DNA from: Macrostomum lignano
Taxonomy: Eukaryota
Assembly: GCA_002269645.1 (NCBI GenBank)
Contig: NIVC01002465.1
Coordinates: 42,087 to 68,192 of the forward strand
Length of the DNA: 26,106 bases
Direction: 5' to 3'
The position numbers and the translations under genes were made by a program. Below the pieces are notes generated by a model, which made no database searches, was not told the DNA's origin, and saw only the letters and a program-made list of their open reading frames with translations. This document shows, piece after piece, positions 18,697 through 26,106 of this stretch. How positions within the stretch are numbered: the stretch's first letter is position 1; every line of letters starts with the position of its first letter.

Positions 18697-21225
18697 GCTG
18701 ACCGATGTGCCATCCAAAAAGATATTCGGCTACAAGAAGGGCGCGGCCTACGAGAGCGGCATGGAGGCCCGGAGGTCTGGCGGCAACTGGACTGCCTGCT
18801 ACGTCGAGGGCGAGTGGCGTCTCATCGATCCGCTGTGGGGCGCGGAGATCCTCACCGAATTCGACACCGGCAACTATTCCAAACTGGACGACCAGGGCAA
18901 CGTGGAGGACTCGAGGAAGTCGGAGGGACGGCTGATTTACGGTTGCAACGAGTTCTACTTCCTCACCGATCCGGAGAACCTCATTCTCACGCACTTCCCC
19001 GTGGAGGAACTGCGCCAGTGGCAGCTGCTGGACAGGCCCCTCACCCTGGCCGAGTTTCATCGAATGCCGAAGTTCTTTTCAGCGGCCCTGGACGAGATGT
19101 TCCACTACAGCATAAACCCAAGTAGCCACCCGCTGAATGTCATTCTGGGCAAGCCAGGTACCGTCAAGGTTTACCTAAGGGAGGCTGCTGGCCAGATGTA
19201 CGACTACAAAGCCGTTGTTAGCATCCACAAATCCAACATCACAGATGGGACCCGGGCGGAGATCAAACAGCAAGCCAGCATCAACGGCTACCTGTCCAAA
19301 ACAACCAGAATGAGCCACGACACTGTGCGCTTCAAGTTTGTTCCACCGTGCAGCGGGAAATTCATGTTATCAATCAATCTCCTAAGAGCTATCGAGTATC
19401 CTGACAAGATTTTGCAAATAGGAATTGAATACGTCTCTTACGTAATTCACTGCCCCCGTGCTGACCGGACCGCCAAGATGGTGCCCGTGGGCTGCGCGAA
19501 TCTGATGCACTTTGGCGCGGGAGCGCAGCTCGCCTCTGCTCGACTAAAGACGGACGAGCCCGGCGAGATCAAGGTGGAGGACGGCGAGCGACTGATACAG
19601 TTGGAGTCCACAGATCAGCGACCGCACCGGCTGGAGTGCCAGCTGTACGGAGCTGCTGACGAGAGCATATCGCCAAAGAACCTGCTGTCTTGGACAGTCG
19701 GTCCGAAGACCAGCATCCAGTTTCTGTCGCCAGACTCGGGGTCATTCGCCTTGGTCGTCCGCGACAGAGGCATCCCAGTCTGTCAGTTTCTGCTTGACTC
19801 TGCGTCTGAATTTCGCGATTGTCGCGACTTTCCCTTGCCGGACCTGGACAGCCTGGGCGGACTGGACGTTGCTGACGATGCCGTGCAAGAACTCGTGCGG
19901 CCGCTGAGCCATCCCGATCCGTACATTCTTTGCAATGACCCCAGCCTTCAGCTCAAGTTTGCTTCAAGAGCTCGCCTGGAAATCAGGGCTGAGCTGTCTT
20001 ACATTTGCTCGAACGGGGAGAGCGAAGAGCTCAGCGGCTACACTTTCATCTCCAGGGACAGCGACGGCTTCATCGTGGACGTGCGGTTCAAGATCGCTGG
20101 TCACTACGTTCTGCAACTATTTTACCGACAGAGCAGCTCAAGCCCGTGGCAGCGCTACATGAACTACTTCATCCGGTGCGTGGGCCAGCTGGACGGTCGA
20201 GCTGAGCAGTTCCCGGAGCCCCTGCCCGCGTGGAGCAGCGACAATCTACTGTTGCATCCGACGCAGAAGCTGCTGCCTCTGAACAAGCCGGTGTCGGTGA
20301 GTGTCCGAATCGGCGATCCGGACTTCAAAGTGGCCTACTTGCTGAACGAGGGCAAGAACGAGCGCACCGTGATGCAGCGGGACGATGTCAACATCTGGCA
20401 GGGCACCATCGAGGGACTCGAAGACTCGGCAGGCTCGTCTGTTAAGCTGCTCGGCGGTCCCAGTGAGAACATGTGCGCCGAGCTGCTAAGCTACAAGTTC
20501 GAATCGGAGAAGGATCAAACTATTCGAAACAAGGAAATTCGATCGGCGGCTAAGCTCAACCTGAGTCGCCTGGGTAATGAAAGACTGCGCAAGCGAAAGC
20601 AGGAGAACCACGAAAGAAAAGAGATGGCGCTGGACCCGCTGCCGGATGCGCCTCGGCCTGAGGAATTGGCCGATTTGCAGCTGGAAAACGAATTAGAAAA
20701 ACTGCTGCTGGAAGATGAGCCGCCACTGGGAGAGGCGCAACCGGAAGCACCAGAAGACGAGCCGGCACTGGGAGAGGCGCAACCGGAAGCACCAGAAAAC
20801 GAGCCGGCACTGGGAGAGGCGCAACCGGAAGCACCAGAAGACGAGCCGGCACTGGGAGAGGCACAACCGGAAGCACCAGAAGACGAGCCGGCACTGGGAG
20901 AGGCACAACCGGAAGCACCAGAAGACGAGCCGGCACTGGGAGAGGCACAACCGGAAGCACCAGAAGACGAGCCGGCACTGGATGCTGTCCGATTCGAAAC
21001 GTTAGAAGATGAACCTCCTACTATGGAAACGAAGAACGAGACTTCAGAGTCGAATGATGAACCTGGAGCAGAGGTTTCAGACCAACCAGCTGCTGGAGAG
21101 AAGGCAGCAGTGGCTGATTGGCTTAACAAAAACCTGAGGTCGGATCCTGACTGTGAGAAGTACCTGCCTATTGAGGACATCCTTGCGGAAATCGAAGGGA
21201 AATTTGACGATGGCATTTTACTATG
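18697..21225 (+). CDS. Fusion gene exon 2: TG-like core, KY-type Ig-like repeats, acidic repeat spacer and start of plastin CH1
   Basis: ctgcag|G, phase 2. IFGYKKGAAY...WTACYVEGEWRLIDPLWGA...EFYFLTDPENLILTHFP...WQLLDRPLTLAEF is KY/Hillarin-like. The exon ends EKAAVADWLNKNLRSDPDCEKYLP...DDGILL, matching plastin EKYAFVNWINKAL..DPDC...P...DGIVLC. Donor TG|GTAAAT at 21226. Confidence 0.88.
20711..20980 (+). repeat. Coding 42-bp tandem repeat (EDEPALGEAQPEAP) x6 plus a partial copy
   Basis: Direct reading; in frame within exon 2. Confidence 0.95.
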
Positions 21226-21395
21226 GTAAATCAAACCGTTACATGCAATTTGTTACACTTGTGATACAAGTAGCAGAGCAATCCTCGAAGGTTTCCTGGA
21301 TTCATTCCAAGAAAACTTAGAGCCTTTGTTTGCAGCTTGCAGTCTAAACCATTGCAACTGACAGAACACTTCACTTCTTTATCTGTCCATTGCAG

Positions 21396-21870
21396 CAGCG
21401 CGGTCAATGCTGTCTCGCAGGACACAATCGACAAGCGAGCGTTGCACAGAGACGCAGGCATGAATCGGTCGCACCAGATTGAGAACATTACCCTGGCGCT
21501 GAACTCGGCTCAAAGCCTCGGAGTTCCCGTTAGCTCCGAGGCGGCTGAATTGGCGCAGAGTCCGAAGCTGCTGCTCGATCTCCTGTGGCAGCTGATCTGG
21601 TTCGGCCTGACTGACGCTGTCAAGCAGGCAGCTGCCGCAGACTCGCAGAAGCTCAAAGCCATGCTCCCAGAGACAGAACAGGACGCAGACATCCGAGGCA
21701 TTGCACCTGAGCAAATGCTCATGCGATGGGTGAACTACCATCTGCGTAATGCGGGCAGTGAACGTTCGATTGAAAACTTCAGTGAGGATGTGAGAGACAG
21801 CGAGGCTTACGCGCTTCTGCTGCAGCAGATCTGCCCGCCTGATATCAGGGACTGCTTGAATCCTGCTGCG
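21396..21870 (+). CDS. Fusion gene exon 3: plastin/fimbrin CH1-CH2 (ABD1)
   Basis: ttgcag|C completes TGC (GILLC). SAVNAVSQDTIDKRAL...ENITLALNSAQSLG...LLWQLIWFGL...PEQMLMRWVNYHLRNAG...NFSEDVRDSEAY. Phase-0 donor GTGAGT at 21871. Confidence 0.92.
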
Positions 21871-22236
21871 GTGAGTCACCTCGGTTCTGATCGCAATAAG
21901 TATTAGCTTATCGCACACATTCGAACCGACAAGACAGAATCCTACTCGTACCCCTGCTTCCTAAATTTTGCACTTTAGAAAGTAGCCGTTTATTTTTTGA
22001 GTCACTTTTCACTTTCGAGCGTTGCCTTCTGGCAGTATTCTCATCCCGTTCATAAAACTAAACCTGACCTAAACTAAACACAATCTAAACTAAACCTCTA
22101 AACCTTTTGGCTGGTGTGGCTAAATCCAATGCTGCACTGCCTGAGGACAAAGAAGTCAGCGCATACATCCTTGGGAGTGAGCAGGAACTTGCCCTAGTGC
22201 ATCAAAATTAATCTTGAAAATGTCGCAAACTTGCAG

Positions 22237-23025
22237 GGAATTGTCGCTCAAAGTGACTTCCTTCTGAGAGCGCAGCTGGTTCTGCAGAACGCGGATCTCA
22301 TTGAAGCTCGCGAATTTATTCAGCCGGAGGACATTGTCAGCGGAAATTCCAACCTGAACGTCATGTTCGTGGCCAACCTGTTCAAAAGGTGGCCCTGCCT
22401 GCCCGAGCTGCCGGATGGCGGCCAGGCCGGGGCTGAGCAGGCCGCTGAAAAGCCGCCAGAGCTGGTTCGCGAGGAGAGAACCTACGCGAACTGGATGAAT
22501 TCGGCCGGGGTGCAGCCCAGGATCAACTGCCTGTACACGGACGCGAGCTCCGGGCTGCCGTACCTGCAGCTGCTGGACCAGATCCGGCCGGGCCTGGTCC
22601 AGTGGTCGCGCGTGAGCCAGACACTTCGTGGGGCCCGAGCCTACTTTCAGCGGCTGGAGAACTGCGACTACGCCGTGGAGCTGGGCAGGCAGCTGGGCTT
22701 CAGCTTGGTGGGCATCCGAGGCAAGAGTCTCCTGGACGGTGACGAGATGCCGACTCTTGCGCTGCTGCGGCAGCTGATGCTCTCGCACAACCCGGCCGCA
22801 GTCTCCAGGGGGGACAGTCGAGTCGAGAATTCCAAGCGGCTGGTTGACGAGAACACGATTGTCGAGTGGACGAACGAGCAGCTGCAGCGCGGTGGCAAGA
22901 AGTCGCGGTTGCGCTCGTTTCTGGACGCCAGCCTGGGCAACTGCCACTGCCTGCTGGACCTCATCGACTGCCTGAGGCCCGGCTACGTCGACTACAGCTT
23001 GGTGCTGCCGGGGGCCACCGAGGCG
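22237..23025 (+). CDS. Fusion gene exon 4: plastin/fimbrin end of CH2, CH3 and start of CH4
   Basis: ttgcag|GGA. RAQLVLQNA...DIVSGNSNLNVMFVANLF...REERTYANWMNSAGV...LENCDYAVELGRQLGFSLVGI...TLALLRQLM...IVEWTNEQL...LLDLIDCLRPG. Phase-0 donor GTGAGT at 23026. Confidence 0.93.
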
Positions 23026-23385
23026 GTGAGTTTGAGAATCACGAACTTCCCAGCATTTGTCAGCAAGCCGTCGATCAGACAGGCAATAAAGCTTCAAATT
23101 TGGACTCGAACAACAAGCTTGAGGCTAAAGAACTGCTGGAATTTTGTGGCTCTTAAAGAGAGTTGCTGAGATGTATGGGGGTCGCCGAAATGCTGTTGCT
23201 CATGGGGAGAATCGTTGAGATTTCAAGGTCAAGACTCATGGGGGTTGCTGAGATGCTTCGATCCAAAACTCAGAGGATGCTGATATTTCAGGCTAGATGT
23301 CAGAATTTCAGGGCGGGTGCTTTTTGCTTTAAACACATTATTTTCCTTCAAAAAGTAAAAAAGAAGAACCTGCGAGCGACACGTA

Positions 23386-23420
23386 GTTTAGGTTTAGGTT
23401 TAGGTTTAAGTTTAGGTTTA
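23386..23420. repeat. Short (TTTAGG)n tract within intron 4, probably part of a non-autonomous element
   Basis: GTTTAGGTTTAGGTTTAGGTTTAAGTTTAGGTTTA. Confidence 0.8.
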
Positions 23421-23591
23421 TGTCCCAACAGGGGGCGACAATTGCTATTTTAACGTCGAAAACACTAAACACTCAATACCGTTCTGAAATAAATATGGGT
23501 CTCCCATAACAAATTCGAGGGTATTCATACTGCATGTGCCCTGACGCTCCCAATGACCTAGCTGAGCCAACCAACCTCGAATAAAACGCAG

Positions 23592-23741
23592 GAGCGGCTG
23601 CAGAACGCCCGCCTGGCTGTCAGTCTAAGCTGGCGAGCCGGTGCCAAGGTGTTCGCCTCCCCGGTGGACATTGCGCAGGCCCGGCCCCGGATGCTCATCG
23701 CTGCTTTCGCCGCGCTCATGCAGCTCAGCTCCCGCGGATAG
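23592..23741 (+). CDS. Fusion gene exon 5: plastin CH4 C-terminus and stop
   Basis: aacgcag|GAG gives ERLQNARLAVSLSWRAGAKVFASPVDIAQARPRMLIAAFAALMQLSSRG*, matching plastin [48 protein letters not shown] at 23900 and 23954. Not listed in the ORF track. Confidence 0.9.
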   Translation, partial: ERLQNARLAVSLSWRAGAKVFASPVDIAQARPRMLIAAFAALMQLSSRG

Positions 23742-24126
23742 ACTGGAACTGATCTCAGTTGATTTGGAAGAGTTTAAATTGAAACAAAAATCAGGTCAGC
23801 TTTATTTAACTTCAACATTTTCATCTATGATTAACCACTACTCCAGCTCTTTAAAAAGTGTGCTCTAACTGTGTATTTATTTATTGAAACCTTCGTTTGA
23901 ATAAATATATTCCAGAAAAAGTTTAACTCTGTGTATCCTGAAGCATCATGGCTAATAAAACAATAATTGACCACCTACAGAACTAAATAAAGCTTCATAT
24001 AAACCTACTGATTTAAACAAATAGCTACAAAACAATATTCTCAAGTGTGCATGAAAATTTTCGATCCCCAGTACTCTCTCATCTCTTCAATCTCTGGCTG
24101 ACTTGTCGAATTCAGCCTTGCAGACT

Positions 24127-24554
24127 TCAGACTTCCAGCATCATGCTGATGGAGCGAACCGCAGTGTAGTTATTCTCGACGCATTTCCAGTAGGCGTACT
24201 TAGGGCTGTAGACGTCTCCGCTGGGCGCGTACCAGCCGTTCGGGTTGCACGTGAGGCAGTAGTTGAACCAGAAGCCCGCATTTCCGTATGCGACTGCGCA
24301 GAAGTCTGCCTGCGCAGCGTCATTGTCCTGGTCCTTGGTGGAGAACTTCATTCCATTGTGCACCGCCAGGCAGTCGCTCGCCAAGTTTGACTGGTTGGGC
24401 AGAAACGCGGCATAGTTCATCTGGTACTTTGTTGTCGAATTGCCCACCGTGAAGCTGCTGTACTCGTTGAAGTACTCGGAGTTGTTGTACAGCAGAAAAC
24501 GGATCCGGAGGGTTCTCGGCGTGGAGGCTGTGAGCTCGTGAATGCGCTGGAGGC
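24127..24554 (-). CDS. Fibrinogen-related domain (FReD/ficolin-like) protein, terminal exon
   Basis: atcag|GC CTC gives GLQRIHELT...LRI...EYSSFTVG...KYQM...HNGMKFSTKDQDND...CA...GFWFNYC..CNPNG.Y...W...SMML. Confidence 0.92.
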
Positions 24555-24689
24555 CTGATTGACACGGGTACGACTGAATGTCAAATTTTTGGTACGGAAA
24601 GTTGATACGGAATGGGTGAGCCTTCGGCAATGACATTTAGGATATAAAAGTCAAGGGTCTTTATCACAATATACTAAATATCTAAGGTC

Positions 24690-25007
24690 TTAATAATACT
24701 ACTACTGATAATAATAATTGATTACACCTGCCCCAATCATGCCAGATGTGCAACCGACAGCTCAGCCGCAGCTATTTCGCATCTGAAGGCTGCGTACGGC
24801 TGTTCAGTCCAAGGACTGGGGGGTCGCCACACACACCTTCAATTACCCAAGCTAATGCTGGCACCCATTTCACAGCTGGGTGAACTGAAGCAATGCAGAG
24901 TTAAGTGTCTTGCTCAAGGACACATATTGTTCCTGAGGGATCGGGAATCGAACCCCCGACCTTGAATTCGTGAGTCCGACGCTCTAGTCTCTAGGCTATA
25001 ACCCTCC
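24690..25007 (-). mobile_element. tRNA-derived CORE-type SINE in the FReD intron
   Basis: Minus strand: A-box-like TAGCCTAGAGACTAGAG (24998-24982) and B box GGTTCGATTCC (24954-24944). Then TGTGTCCTTGAGCAAGACACTTAACTC...CAGTT...CTGTGAAATGGG, resembling the MIR CORE (TGACCTTGGGCAAGTCACTTAACCTC...CAGTT...CTGTAAAATGGG). Ends in an AT/TAG simple-repeat tail. Confidence 0.8.
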
Positions 25008-25097
25008 TAACCACTAGACAAGAAAGGGCTTTAATAAAAGTTACCAAAATCCTACAATACTACTGATACATAAGTAGACAAAAGCTTCGCCACTCGC

Positions 25098-25238
25098 CGA
25101 TCCAGAAGTTGCTGCCGTCTCCAAAGCCGGCCTCGTACTCTGTCCAGGTTCTCTCGAAGCTCACAGAGGCGCTGTTTCGCTCTTGGAAGGTGCAGAAGCT
25201 GCGATCGCCGAGTGTTGCCATGTAGGGGCAGTTGGTTG
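25098..25238 (-). CDS. FReD protein, internal exon (5' boundary approximate)
   Basis: FCTFQERNSASVSFERTWTEYEAGFGDGSNFWIG matches FReD VFQRR.DGSV.F.R.W..Y..GFG....FWLG. Phase-1 acceptor cccacag| and phase-1 donor G|GCGAGT. This frame is not in the ORF track. Confidence 0.85.
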
Positions 25239-25934
25239 CTGTGGGGTAATCGCGCGGGTTGAATTCTCAGTGACCCCCAACATTCTCGATTAGAATCGGG
25301 AATTTGAATGCCCAAAACGTCTTGTACCTTTTGGCCCTAAGTCTCGACCTCAAGCAGTCCTCAAATGACATCTTATCAAGGTTGAAGCGTTTTAAGCTAC
25401 CGTTTTGGCTTTCACTCCAGGGTGTCGATTTGACATCAACTTTAGTCAAGGTCCCACAATTACGAGCACTTAGGGTCGCACTTTGAGCATTGTCAAAGCT
25501 GTGGCTCTGGCTTTATTGTAGCAACTGGGATCCCAGTGATAAGTGCAAGGACAACTAAAGCATGTATATACAGGACGCGACACTCGCAGTCTATGGAAAA
25601 TGTCATTTGTTATTGCGTTCGATAGAAGGCAGACCCAGTGTTCATAATTTGATATGCTGTACCTTTCTTATAGCTCTATTGATATCAAAGATCTATTGCC
25701 GTAATATCAATTATAGAGCTGTAAGAAAGGCAGAGCATATTAAATGATGAGCATTGGGTCGGCCTTCTATCTAACGGAATAAATATTTTTGTGCTGAAAA
25801 AATGAAGCTTTCCTATCTCCGTAGTGCATTTTTCGGCGAAAGGTGGCCTTCAAAACATTTTCTATTGATTGCGAGTGTCGCGTCCTTCTACTTTAGTAGT
25901 CCTTGGATAAGTGTCGCACTAAGATTTGCTTCTC

Positions 25935-26106
25935 ACCGTCGCTTCAAAAGCCGCTTACGTCGTAAAGGGCGGGCGCAGCTCAGGCTCTCGACTGCGAACC
26001 GGAAGTGCGACAGCCGAGTTTCGAAGCGCAGATTCCGGCGCACTCGATGTCGCTGCGGGCCGGGCTGACAGACATTGGGGAAGATATCGGAGCCGGTGCC
26101 GAGCTC
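25935..26106 (-). pseudogene. Possible PAN/Apple-like exon with frameshifts, perhaps an upstream exon of the FReD gene
   Basis: ARSDIECAGICASKLGCR in one frame continues as HFRFAVESLSCA in another (C-x3-C-x5-C-x2-F-x-F...C). A donor-like GACG|GTGAGA lies near 25935. Runs off the window end. Confidence 0.45.

Noticed and set aside
21226-21229. Treating TAA at 21227-21229 as the true stop of an 854-aa protein
   Set aside because: It overlaps a GT donor whose use restores the conserved plastin GILLC motif and continues CH1 in exon 3.
23386-23420. Telomeric repeat or interstitial telomere
   Set aside because: The unit is TTTAGG, not TTAGGG or TTTAGGG; the tract is only 35 bp and intronic.
24930-25007. 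Possible tRNA gene on the minus strand
   Set aside because: The A/B boxes run directly into a CORE domain and SINE body, with no complete acceptor stem or T-run terminator.

Overview
Eukaryotic (animal) genomic DNA with spliceosomal introns and no prokaryotic features. GC-rich exons, introns packed with minisatellites and the gene families present resemble a free-living flatworm such as Macrostomum (inference only). From left to right the window holds: a (CTA)n tract; a frameshifted secreted WSC-domain gene (-); a 5'-truncated RT-RNase H non-LTR retrotransposon with a 10-bp target-site duplication next to a (CTGT)n tract; fragments of a bestrophin gene whose intron holds three minisatellites; an F-type-lectin/discoidin-like exon (-); a D,D34D mariner with an open transposase but a damaged right end; a Cys-rich GCC2/GCC3-repeat exon (-); an AT-rich stretch with an orphan LINE-type 3' tail; a two-exon GT32 (DXD) glycosyltransferase whose intron is almost entirely minisatellite; a five-exon gene of about 1482 aa; and a fibrinogen-related gene (-) with a GC-AG intron containing a CORE-type SINE. 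The best candidate for novelty is the five-exon gene (17775-23741). It fuses a catalytically dead KY/Hillarin transglutaminase-like module, Ig-like repeats and an acidic 14-aa repeat spacer in frame, within one exon, to the complete four-CH actin-bundling core of plastin/fimbrin, replacing the EF-hand headpiece. All homology calls come from motif recognition by eye; no searches were run.
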